DNA of 62,812 nucleotides, the filler included, from Chiloscyllium plagiosum (Eukaryota): NCBI RefSeq assembly GCF_004010195.1. It is 4 parts of 2 records of this genome, joined end to end, with 100 filler letters (N's around TTAATTAATTAA, not from the genome) between each part and the next. Parts side by side here need not be neighbours in the genome. Positions count along the whole stretch, not along the records: positions 1 to 25,262 come from NC_057714.1; 3 more parts are not named here. One strand, 5' to 3'. This document shows, in pieces, positions 11,336 through 22,099 of the stretch. Below the pieces are notes generated by a model that worked only from the letters and a program-made list of their open reading frames with translations, did not search any database and had not been told where the DNA came from. Position numbers and translations under genes: made by a program. Each line of letters starts with the position of its first letter. Within the stretch, counting starts at the first letter, position 1.

Positions 11336-12125
11336 CCTGTGGAAGCTTTGGAAAGGGTTCAGAGGAGATTTACCAGGACGTTGCCTGTGATGGAGAGTAG
11401 GTCTTACAAGGAAAGGCTGAGAGACTTGAGGCTGTTATCGTTAGAGAGAAGGAGGTTGAGAGGTGACTTAATGAGACATATAAGATCATCAGAGGTTTAG
11501 ACAGGGTGGACAGTGACACCTTTTCCCTCGGATGGTGATGGCTCGCACGAGGGGACATAGCTTTAAATTGAGGGGGTGATAGATACAGGACAGATGTCAG
11601 AGGTAGTTTCTTTACTCGGAGTAGGAGGAGAGTGGAACGCCCTGCCTACAACAGCAGTAGAGTCGCCAACTTTAAGGGCATTGAAATGGTCATTGGATTA
11701 ACAGAAGGATGATAAGGGAATAGTGTAGGTCAGATGGGCTTCAGGTTGGTTGTGCAGGTCAGCACATCAAGGGCTGAATGGCCTGTACTGCGCTGCAGTG
11801 TTCGATGCTATGTTCTGTTTCAGTAAAGTTGTTCCCTTTTGTGGGGGAGTCTCGGACAAGAGGGTTTAAAGGTCAGAATGTGGGGGTGGCAAGTTTAAGG
11901 CCGAGATGAGGAGGAATTCCTCCTTACAGACGGGGGTAGTCGATCTGTGGAGGGCGTCAGACTCTGGGTCATTAGGTGCGTACGAGGCTGAGACAGACAG
12001 ACAGTTTTTAAATCGGGAAGGGGACCAAGGGTTATGGGGAACCAGCAGCCAAGTAGCGTTGACCTTGAGCAGATCAACCACGACCTCACGGAATGGCAAG
12101 ACTGGATGGGCAGAATGGCCAAGCG
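11336..12125 (+). mobile_element. Two adjacent CR1 3' fragments (~11336-11815 and ~11820-12125)
   Basis: ALERVQRRFTRTLP..LERRRLRGDL; the second has AGATGAGGAGGAATTCCTCCTTACAG and a 3'UTR. Confidence 0.8.
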
Positions 12126-12821
12126 GTCACATTCCGCACGATTTCGCCTGGCACTTTTGATCGGTGAAGCGCCGATATTTCTTTTGTTTGAAAGAAGAGG
12201 AGACAGGCCTTTCAAAAGGGGTTTGCCAAACACACTGTCTCTGCCTGCTGAAAGCACACAGGGCTCCGGCCGCCCCAGTGCCCTGTTCCGCTTTCACTTC
12301 CCCAGCCCTCAGCTCAACTGGTCGCTGATTCAAACAGCCACCCATCAGATCCCACTAGCCTTGCTTCAAACACATCTCAGCACGATGCATGCAAAGCCGG
12401 GGGGGGGAGCGCTGGGACGGGGCAGAATTTGCTCGGTACCTTCAAGGTTTCCTGAAACAATAGTCCGACCAGGAAAAGGCCGTTTTCGGGGCCTGTATTG
12501 AGGAATGAGCCGAGCCGAGCCGGGTGATTAAAGCTTCAGTTTGTACGTTTTGAAAAAGGCAGTCACGGATCAGACTGGTCCTCAAAGGACTAGATTGGAG
12601 GGAGACTGGGGCTGGATCCGACAGGGCCTGGATTTGCAGATGCATTCTGTTGCGTTCGAAAAGCACACCGTCAGGCAGTCAATGTGGCATTTCATAAATT
12701 CCTATTCTGGAAATCCAACCCGTCGGGCTCCAGGATGAGACACAGACTTGAAACAAGGCCTCACACCTCGAATGCGTTGTCTGACCCAAGGGGTCACCCT
12801 TATTCTGACGAAACCTGAAGT

Positions 12822-13030
12822 TATGGCCAATCCATCCTGACCTGCACATCTTTGGACTGTGGGAGGAAACCGGAGCACCCGGAGCAAACCCACGCAGACA
12901 CGGGGAGAACGTGCAAACTCCACACACACAGACAGTCGCCTGAGGTAGGAATTGAACCCAGGTTCCTGGTGCTTTGAGGCAGCAGTGCTAACCACTGAGC
13001 CCACATGCCGCCCGAATCTAATCTAATCTT
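12822..13030 (-). mobile_element. HE1 V-SINE, 5' half
   Basis: Reverse complement of the tRNA-like head and V-domain. Confidence 0.88.
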
Positions 13031-13674
13031 GGGGCAGGGATTGACACATTAGTCAATTGAAACCCACATCCCCATTCTGATGGATTAAAGACTGAATAGT
13101 TTGTTAAATACATTTGCGTAAGTCATTGCCGTTTGACTACAAGTTTTGTGCCCGATGTATTCGCGTTCTCTAGCTGCCTGAGGAAGGGGAGGACGCTCTG
13201 AAAGTCATAGATATTTACAGCATGGAAACAGACCCTTCAGTCCAACCCGTCCATGCTGACCAGAAAGCTCGAGGTTCGAAGGAAACCTGTTAGACTTTTA
13301 ATGTGGCGTCGTGTGCTGTTTGACTTTTGCCCACCCCAGTCCACCCCTCTGCTTCGGGGTCACTCGGGACAGGTTGCGAGTTGTCTGTCGGACTATAGCT
13401 CACGTCCGTGTGCAGAGCTCAGAGGAACGATCCTGCTTCGGGTCGGAGTGTGAGAACGGGGCCCGCGTTGCAGTGAGTGCTGAAGTACTTGTGAAGGGCA
13501 GTCACCGTTGAAATGGGGAGGGGAGACTCCCTTGCTAGTCCACACCGTATCCAACAACAGCGTTTCACCGGGGGGGGAAGGGGAAACGTGGGCATGGCTG
13601 GCCGGGTCTGGCCACCCCTGACTTATTCGAGTCACCGTGATGCTTAACATTTCCAAAGGTCAAATGAATCAATT

Positions 13675-13898
13675 AGGCATTTGGATGGGTATATGAATAG
13701 GAAGGGTTTGGAGGGAGATGGGCCGGGTGCTGCCTGTTGGGACTAGATTGGGTTGGGATATCTGGGACAGCATGGACGGGTTGGACCGAAGGGTCTGTTT
13801 CTGTGCTGTACATCTCCATGACTCTAATTGCAATGGGAGCACAATTAGAGTCCAGAAGAGATGTACACAGCACGGAAACAGACCCTTCGGTCCAACCC
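13675..13898. mobile_element. Tail-to-tail CR1 3'UTR fragments forming an imperfect hairpin (13778-13898)
   Basis: GGGTTGGACCGAAGGGTCTGTTTC...GACTCTAATTG / CAATTAGAGTC...GAAACAGACCCTTCGGTCCAACCC. Confidence 0.8.
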
Positions 13899-14626
13899 AG
13901 CCAGGCACCCTTTCCTTTTGTTAAAAATAAAATCCACGCAAACCCGAAAGTAAACAGAAATGGCCTGTGGGAAAGTGGGCTGGAAGGACGGGCACGGAAA
14001 ACACCCAGTTTCCCAGGGAGATCTTTACTGGCGTCACCGACCGAAGTGCGAAACGTGGGTCCTGTTCAGCGCAACGTGATCGAGGGAGTTTCGAGTGTGG
14101 TAAACTCCATCCTCTCGGGAACGAATGTGTATACGCTGTTGACTGTCCCCGTGCATCTCCAGCCGCTCGAGTCCCCCCCAAAACGCCACTGCCTGGTGTG
14201 GAAGTTAGCATGGTAGTCACGTGTAGTGAACTTAGTGTGGCAGTGTACACCCGGGATCATGCTACAGGGCTCCAGTAACAGATAACGGAAGTGCGTTGTG
14301 ATCAGTGGGTTAAATCACAGGGAGATGAGCTAATGCTGAAGATGGTGGTGTTGGAATGTGATAGATTAAGCGTGGCGGAGGGGACCTGTGTGGCAGACGA
14401 TGATTAGTTTAAAAAGACAAAGCAAGCTGTGCTAATGTTATCCGATAAGCGCGGGAAGAACACCTGAATAAATTGCAGAAGAACAAAGAGTTAGTTTGGG
14501 GGGGGGGGGGCAGGGAAGACATTTTGCTGGCTCCCAAAGCAAGATTAAGTTTAGTTTTGTGAAGGACTTTGAGTCTCCTGGTAATTTTTAAAAAATGAAC
14601 TTTTGAGTAATTCTTCCACAACAAAT

Positions 14627-15010
14627 AGAGTTATAGAGAGGTACAGCACGGAAACAGACCCTTCGGTCCAACCCGTCCATGCCAACCCAGATATCCCAAC
14701 CCAATCTAGTCCCACCTGCCAGCACCCGGCCCATATCCCTCCAAACCCTTCCTATTCATATACCCATCCAAATGCCTCTTAAATGTTACAACTGTACCAG
14801 CCTCCACCTCATTCCATACACGTACCACCCTCTGTGTGAAAAAGTTGCCCCTTTAAGAACCTTTTATATCTTTCCCCTCTCGCCCTAAACCTATGCCCCT
14901 CTAGTTCTGGACTCCCCCACCCCAGGGGAAAAGACCTTGTCTATTTATCCTATCCATGCCCCTCATGATTTTATAAACCTCTATAAGGTCACCCCCTCAG
15001 CCTCCGACAC
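14627..15010 (-). mobile_element. CR1 3' end fragment
   Basis: Same 3'UTR and ORF2 end as 8685-9225. Confidence 0.88.
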
Positions 15011-15125
15011 TCAAGAAGACGGTGACGATTCATTGACTTGGAGTGGAAGTAAGGCCCTTCGGCCCATTGAGTCCATTCTGCCGTTCATTCATGGCCGATG
15101 GGCATTTCAACGCCACTTGCGTTGT

Positions 15126-15458
15126 GGGCGGCACGGTGGCACAGTGGTTAGCACTGCTGCCTCACAGTGCCTGAGACCCGGGTTCATTTCCCGCCTCAGG
15201 CGACTGACTGTGTGGAGTTTGCACGTTCTCCCCGTGTCTGCGTGGGTTTCCTCCGGGTGCTCCGGTTTCCTCCCACAGTCCAAAAGATGTGCAGGGTCAG
15301 GTGAATTGGCCATGCTAAATTGCCCGTAGTGTTAGGTAAGGGGTAAATGTAGGGGTATGGGTGGGTTCGCTTCGGCGGGTCGGTGTGGACTTGTTGGGCC
15401 GAAGGGCCTGTTTCCACACTGTAATGTAATCTAATCTAATGTAATCTAATCTAATCTT
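15126..15458 (+). mobile_element. Full-length HE1 V-SINE, nested in an older minus-strand CR1 fragment (~15040-15780)
   Basis: GGGCGGCACGGTGGCACAGTGGTTAGCACTGCTGCCTCACAG head, V-domain, and (TAATC)n tail at 15421-15457. Confidence 0.93.
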
Positions 15459-16250
15459 GCCCGCACTCTCCTTGTATCCTTGCGAGATCAAGAATTTAGC
15501 AATCTCTGCCTTGAGGACATGTAACGTCACTGCGCTCTGTGGCAATGACTTCCAAAGGTCCACCACTCTCTGGCTGAAGAAATGTCTCCTCATTTCCGTT
15601 CTAAATTGACCCCCTCTCATTCTCAGGCTGTCTCCCCCGCCCGCCTCACGGAAACAAATTCCCAGCGTCCACCCTTTCTAATCCACGTATTATCTTGCAA
15701 GTTGCTATTAGATCTCCCCTGGACCTGGTAAACTCGAATGAATACAAGCCCAGGATCCTCAGTCTTCAGCCACTTCCGCCCGTCTGATGCGGACACGTCC
15801 CGCGCCGCAGTTTGGGAGGGAACTCTGGTGTTTTGACCCAGCGACACTGAAGAAACGTCGCCGAATCAAGGACGATTGAGTGCCTCGCTGCCCCTGACTC
15901 TGCTGCCTTTGTCCCTGGGGACAGCAGCGGGTTTGAACAGTTCCACCTTTTGCACCATACTGTCCCTGATCCACGCTGAGCACAGTGACAATTTTATCTC
16001 AGCACAATGACGCAACACATTCCGACCTCACTTGGGAATCCACTTTATTGACAGCCTCTTGGAAGCTCATCCCAACAACGCGGAACCAACCCTCCCGCTA
16101 AATCTTCCCACTTGACCCAATACAATCTATTGGAAACTTTATGGAGACTGGGATCGAGCGCCGCTGTAACATTCACCGAGGCCAACGGTCGAGATCAACG
16201 CTCGCGGATTCGACTCACAGTCCCGATAAGAGATCAGAAACTCAACTTAC

Positions 16251-16330
16251 CTTGGTGGTGTCGAAAGCGTCAAAGCCCATCACCCTCAACAGCTCAATCT
16301 CTTCTTCTGTCTTTCCCTCCATGTCAGCCT
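16251..16330 (-). CDS. SNRNP27: SNRNP27 coding exon 4: (E)ADMEGKTEEEIELLRVMGFDAFDTTK
   Basis: tttacctgcag|AG GCT GAC ATG...ACC ACC AAG|gtaagt; 80 nt, phase 1 to phase 0. Confidence 0.96.
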
Positions 16331-16357
16331 CTGCAGGTAAAGAGAAAGCTGTTTTGT

Positions 16358-16812
16358 AGACTAGATTAGATTCCCTACAGTGTGGAAACAAGCCCTTCGG
16401 CCCAACCAGTCAACACCGACCTTCCGAAGAGTAACCCACCCAGACCCATTTCCCTTTGACACTATGGGTAATTTAGCATGGCCAATCCACCCTAACCTGC
16501 ACATCCCTGAGCACTATGGGTAATTTAGCAAGGATAATCCACCCTAACCTGCACATCCCTGAACACTATGGGTAATTTAGCATGGCCAATCCACCCAAAC
16601 ATGCACATCCCTCAGCACTATGGATAATGTAACATGACCAATTCATCCTGACCTGCACATCTGTGACTGTGGGAGGAAACCAAAGCACCCGGAGGAAACC
16701 CACGCAGACACAGGTAGTATGTGCAAACTCCACCCAGACAGTTGCCTGAGGCTGGGATCGAACCGGGAACCCTGGCGCTGTGAGGCAACAGTGCTAACCA
16801 CTGAACCACCCT
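16358..16812 (-). mobile_element. HE1 V-SINE with about 4 copies of the 52-bp unit, ending ~25 nt upstream of the exon 4 acceptor
   Basis: Same tail, unit and head as 10368-11335. Confidence 0.9.
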
Positions 16813-17304
16813 ATTCGCAGACAGGATTACTGAATGACAGTACCGGTGCAAAGGAAGCTTTGTAACCAGCATCCGGATTTAGGGACAATGTGCTCACAAT
16901 GGCGGGGGGGGGTCACAGGGAGCACTGTTGTAAGGGGCAGTTCTCTCTCAAGCTCCAGTTTCGATCGTGGACTGTTGCAAATTTCAAAACGTTTAACCAT
17001 CCCAATGAGACTTGGTAACTGGAACGGGTGCCTTGCAGTTTGGTTCTGCGATACCCTCTCCCTTCCTTTGAAGGTCACTCCCTCACTGAAGTGCTCCAGA
17101 ATTTTTGTTTATTTGTAAATCTGTTCATGTGATGAGGGCATCCCTAGCTCGACTCGACCACATTGCTATAGGTCTGGCCCAGGTAAACACAGCAGATTTC
17201 CTTCCTTCAAGGGTTTTATTGAACCGGACAGGTTTTGTTTTTTTATGAGAGTGATTGCTTGATCGCCACTTGACTGGCTTTCAGAATCAGAAGTACAACA
17301 CATA

Positions 17305-17900
17305 CAGGCTCTTCAGTCCAACCCGTCCACGCCAACCAGATATCCTGAATTAATCCCGTCCCACTTGCCAGCGCTTGGCCCATATCCTTCCTGTCCACAT
17401 ACCCGTCCAGAAGCCTTTTAAATGTTTTAACTGTACCAGCCTCCACTGCTCCCCCTCATTCCACACACACTCTCCTCCCTCTGCTTGAGAAAGTTCCCTC
17501 TTCCATTCCTTTTATATCTTTCCCCTCTCCCCCTAAACCTATGCCCCTCTAGTTCTGGACTCCCCCAGGGGGAAAAGAGCATGTCTATATATCGTATCCA
17601 TGCCCCCTCATGATTTTATAAACCTCTATAAGGTCACCCCCTCAGCCTCCGACGCTCCAGGGAAAACAGTCCCGGCCTACTCAGCTTCTCCCTGTAGCTC
17701 CAACCCTGGCAACATCCTTGTCAATCTTTCCTGAACCCTTTCAGGTGTCACAACATCCTTTTTGTAGAAAAGGGGACCAGAATTGAATGCAGTATTCTAA
17801 AAGTGGCCTCCCCGATGTCCTGTTCAGCAGCAATGTGACCTCCCAACTCCTGCACTCAATGCACTGACCAGTAAAAGCTGATGCACCAAATGCCTCTTCA
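17305..17900 (-). mobile_element. CR1 3' fragment
   Basis: RPLLEYCIQFWSP motif and 3'UTR on the minus strand. Confidence 0.85.
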
Positions 17901-18284
17901 CCAGCTTGTCTACGCAGACTTTGCTTTGCTTGGCAACACTCCCAGGCCCTCATTATTATTTCCACAATTTCTGTTTGATCAAATTCAAATTTTACCATCG
18001 ACCGTGGTGGGATTGGAACCCGTGCCCCTCCCCCAAGGAATACGCTGGGGCTCAGGATTACTGGTCCAGCACCTCCACATCTCCCACAATGTCAGCCATC
18101 ACTGCCAGTCCTAAGACAGCTGACGAGCAATGTGGTTGTGGTCTCACCTACAGTTATAGAGTCAGAGAGACAGACAGCACGGAAACAGACCCTTCGGTCC
18201 AACCCGTCCATGCTGACCCAGGTATCCCAACCCAATCTAGTCCCACCTGCCAGCACCCGGCCCATATCCCTCCAAACCCTTCCT

Positions 18285-18492
18285 AGTTATAGAATGTTGG
18301 GGACAGAACGTTCCGGGGAATGTCAGTTATAGATTGTCGGGGATAGAATGTTCCGGGGAATGTCAGTTATAAAATCTTGGGGATAGACCTTTCCGGGGAA
18401 TGTCAGTTATGGAATGTCAGTTATATAATGTCGGGGACCGAACGTTCCGGGGAATGTCAGCTTTAGAATGTCGGGGACAGAATGTTCCGGGT
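18285..18492. repeat. ~40-bp minisatellite (AGTTATAGAATGTCGGGGACAGAACGTTCCGGGGAATGTC), about 5 copies
   Basis: Visible periodicity of TTCCGGGGAATGTCAG. Confidence 0.9.
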
Positions 18493-18494
18493 AA

Positions 18495-18820
18495 CTCCTT
18501 GACCTGTCCATGACCTTCTCCCCATCCACCCCACCCTCCTCTCTGACCTATCATCTCTCCCCCACCTCCGTCTACTGATCACATTCCCAGCTCCCTTCCC
18601 TCCAGCCCCAGCCCCAACCCCAACCCAACCCCAACCCCAACCCCAGCCCTAGCCCTAGCCCCAGCCCTAGCCCTAGCCCCAGCCCCAGCCCCCTCACATT
18701 TATCTCTCAGCTCCCCAGCTCACAAGCCTCATTCCTGATGAAGGGGTTATGCCTGAAACGTTCATTCCCCTGCTCCTCGAATGCTGCCTGACCTGCTGTG
18801 CTTTTTCAGCACCACACACC
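18495..18820 (+). mobile_element. Penelope-like element 3' end with a degenerate hammerhead (CTGATGAAGGGGTTATGCCTGAAACGTT, 18735-18762) and an internal CCCCAA/CCCTAG/CCCCAG hexamer expansion (18600-18692)
   Basis: Same order as 25560-25945: pyrimidine-rich tract, CATTTATCTCTC, hammerhead core, GCTGCCTGACCTGCTGTGCTTTTTCAGCAC. Confidence 0.78.
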
Positions 18821-18877
18821 CAGTCAGGAAACAGTCCGACACCGTCATACTCACAGGATCACGCCTGATGGGTAATT

Positions 18878-19198
18878 TAGATTAGATTAGATTACGTACA
18901 GTGTGGAAACAGCCCCTTTAGCCCAACAAGTCCACACCAATCCTCCGAAGATCAACCCACCGAGAACCATTCCCCTACAATTCACTCTTCACCTAAAACT
19001 ACGGGCAATTTCCCATGGCCAATTCACCTGACCTGCACATCTTTGGACTGTGGGAGGAAACCGGAGCACCCGGAGGCAACCCACGCAGACACGGGGAGGA
19101 CGTGCAAACTCCACACAGTCAGTCACCTGAGGCGGGAATTGAACCCGGGTCTCTGGCGCTGTGAGGCAGCAGTGCTAACCACTGTGCCACCATGCCAC
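18878..19198 (-). mobile_element. HE1 V-SINE
   Basis: (ATTAG)n tail, V-domain and tRNA-like head on the minus strand. Confidence 0.9.
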
Positions 19199-19218
19199 CT
19201 ACAACCTTTGTTCAGCAA

Positions 19219-19357
19219 AGGGAATTCTGAGGGACAGGATGTACATGTATTTGGAAAGGCAAGGACTGATTCGGGATAGTCAACATGCCATGTTGACTAT
19301 CCCGAATCAGTCCTTGCCTTTCCAAATACATGTACATCCTGTCCCTCAGAATTCCCT
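19219..19357. repeat. Perfect palindrome: 69-bp arms with a 1-nt spacer, derived from CR1 RT sequence
   Basis: AGGGAATTCTGAGG...GTCAACATG C CATGTTGAC...CCTCAGAATTCCCT, centred on 19288. The arm encodes ILRDRMYMYLERQGLIRDSQH. Confidence 0.95.
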
Positions 19358-20271
19358 CCAACAACTTGCCCACCACTGAGGTCACTCCGAGTTGATCATA
19401 CAGCAGGGTCAAATGACGGGGTTTGGTAGCAGGGTACGGAGAGGGCAACGGTCTGATTTTAACGAGCGTGCCGGGTCAGAGGGAACATCACCGTGGGCCA
19501 GTCATCACAAAGAGAAAAGTTAGCAAAGCAAATGTCATCTTGGGCTTCTTAAACGGACGTCAAAAGCAGGGAAGTCATCTGAACCGTCGTTAAGCCGATC
19601 GCCACAGTTCAGGAAGCTGGGGAGCCAGTGGGAATGGGGCTGGAGGTCACTGCCTACCAAGACTGTGGAAGGGATGAATGATTTCAAACGGACGGACGCT
19701 GGAGAGAAATAAACTCAGAAGACGAAAGGGGGAAAGCGTGCGGGACTGTCGGGATTGCGCGGCGGAGAGCCGGAGGGGATTTGATGGGGCTCCTTACTCT
19801 CCCAAATCTCCAGGAGGAACCCGGGTTTGATTTTCGTTTTCCTCTACTGCTGCTCCCCTCCCCGCCTCCCCCGTTGCTGCCTGGAATCCCGAGTGGGACC
19901 CATCGCTGCGCAAGCCCTATTCACCCACAAAAAGGGAAGCTTTACACACACAACCTCCCACTCGAAAAGAGAAACCCTCCTCCTTTTCCCAGTCCAGCAC
20001 GCCGATTCTCCCCGGCGCAGCGATCGAAAGATTCCTGGCGGTTTCTTGGTTCGCCCGGGCAATCTCAAAGCCTCCACGGGGCACGTCTAACCTTCCCCCT
20101 CTGGGGTCCGACCCGGCTCAGGGGCCCGGCGGCAGGGCCTGTGCGTGGAAATGCCAGCGCGGAGGCCACTCCGGAGCTGGGCACAAGGGCCCGCCAATGC
20201 CGACGGGCACCGCGGCGGCTCGGACAATCCAAATCGAGGTGGGGTGGGGGAGAAGCAGCTCCCTCGGTTAC

Positions 20272-20351
20272 CTGAGATCTCGCGATCTTTCGACTCCTGG
20301 TCTTTCTGTCGCGACGGAGAGACGGAGCTGGACTTGTGTCGCCGTGGAGAC
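20272..20351 (-). CDS. SNRNP27: SNRNP27 coding exon 3: (R)SPRRHKSSSVSPSRQKDQESKDREIS(E)
   Basis: gctgcag|G TCT CCA CGG...ATC TCA G|gtaacc; 80 nt, phase 2 to phase 1, consistent with exons 2 and 4. Confidence 0.92.
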
Positions 20352-20609
20352 CTGCAGCGAACAGACAGAGGAGGGTGAAATGGCGTCTGCGCGTGGTGCA
20401 CGGGGCTCTTAAAACACGATTAAGGGCAGGGGGAAGGTAAAGGCGCACGGACGCCGGGAGTCTCGGCGTTCAAACAGAACCGCGCCGGAACAACTCAGCA
20501 GATCTGTCGAGAGCGCTGACGTTTCAGGCCCGCGGATGGGATGTCTCGCGGCCTGAAACGCCGCTCACCGTCTCCAAAGAGGCTCTTGAGTAAACACACA
20601 CACACACAC

Positions 20610-20727
20610 CTGGACCGCCTTCTGTGAGGTGACCTGGAGCGGCTCCTTCTGCGCTCGCGGGACCTGGACCTCTCGCGCCGTCTGGCTCGGTCCCGCTCCC
20701 TGGACGTCGATCTCGAGCGACGGCGCT
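20610..20727 (-). CDS. SNRNP27: SNRNP27 coding exon 2 (RS domain): (E)RRRSRSTSRERDRARRRERSRSRERRRSRSRSPHRRRS(R)
   Basis: (CT)n tract + cacag|AG CGC CGT...CGG TCC AG|gtgtgt; 118 nt, phase 1 to phase 2. Confidence 0.94.
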
Positions 20728-21599
20728 CTGTGTGCACGGGGGGAGAGAGAGAGAGAGAGAGAGAGAGAGGAAGGTTTGGTGTCGCGTGCGTCTGTGCAGC
20801 CCCAGAGGGCTGCCGTCGACAACCGAAAGAAAACCCCCTTGCGGCCTGGAGACACCCGCGTGGGGAAGAGCGGACGGACTGGCGAGATGGCAGGGCCAAC
20901 CAGCTGGCACAAGGCAGCGGCTCGTTGCGAAGTGTCGGGGTGGGAGGCTGGAGGAAATTAACTTGCCTTTTTGGAACGCTGGGGAGTCTGGGACTGTGCT
21001 GACGTGACAGTGCCCCCCTCGGCGACTTGCCCGCTTGGCGACAACCATCGATGCCAGCCTGGGCGCAAGTCCGCTCTGCCTGCACGCTGGGGAGGGGGGG
21101 GGGGGGGGGGGGAGGGTGGGAGGGGGTCAAAAGGCAGCAACTCGACATGGGAGAAGCGTTCGGCCACGGGAACATGGCTAGCACCACCCACGACCATCTC
21201 AGAGAAAACGCCGCAAAATGTTTAATCGCCGCGGGGTCAAACACAGACTGAAGACTGCTCTGCTCTGGGAGTCGCGACAGAGGAGGGGGGAAAGGGGCTG
21301 CAAGTCAGTGCCCAGAAGGTATGACTGACTGAGGTCAAGGAACGGATGCCTGAAATCCACCCCCCTGCAGTGTGGGAATAGGAGACAAGGGGGACAAAGG
21401 GGGCCCACAAACAGGAGGGCAGGCATTTGGAAACAGAGGCCCTGGGATCAAACACACCCGAAAGGTACCAAACGCTGAAGGGCTTAACCATCAGTGTTGG
21501 GAGGTCAGTGCGGATGGACAGGACATGGGTGAGGACACTGTTGGAATATTGTGTGTAATTCTGGTCTCCTTCCTATCGGAAAGATGTTGTGAAAGGGTC

Positions 21600-22099
21600 N
21601 NNNNNNNNNNNNNNNNNNNNNNNNNNNNNNNNNNNNNNNNNNNNNNNNNNNNNNNNNNNNNNNNNNNNNNNNNNNNNNNNNNNNNNNNNNNNNNNNNNNN
21701 NNNNNNNNNNNNNNNNNNNNNNNNNNNNNNNNNNNNNNNNNNNNNNNNNNNNNNNNNNNNNNNNNNNNNNNNNNNNNNNNNNNNNNNNNNNNNNNNNNNN
21801 NNNNNNNNNNNNNNNNNNNNNNNNNNNNNNNNNNNNNNNNNNNNNNNNNNNNNNNNNNNNNNNNNNNNNNNNNNNNNNNNNNNNNNNNNNNNNNNNNNNN
21901 NNNNNNNNNNNNNNNNNNNNNNNNNNNNNNNNNNNNNNNNNNNNNNNNNNNNNNNNNNNNNNNNNNNNNNNNNNNNNNNNNNNNNNNNNNNNNNNNNNNN
22001 NNNNNNNNNNNNNNNNNNNNNNNNNNNNNNNNNNNNNNNNNNNNNNNNNNNNNNNNNNNNNNNNNNNNNNNNNNNNNNNNNNNNNNNNNNNNNNNNNNN
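21600..22099. other. 500-N scaffold gap
   Basis: Exactly 500 N; base composition changes across it. Confidence 0.97.

Larger units (their letters stand above)
19700..21300. promoter_or_regulatory. CpG-rich island around SNRNP27 exons 2-3
   Basis: Visibly high CG-dinucleotide density in non-repeat sequence near the 5' end of the gene. Confidence 0.5.

Noticed and set aside
15126..15200. tRNA-like sequence with A and B boxes
   Set aside because: It is the head of an HE1 SINE and continues into the V-domain; not a tRNA gene.
20495..21244. 249-aa ORF containing the RS stretch
   Set aside because: Only 20610-20727 is exon; the rest is read-through of GC-rich intron.
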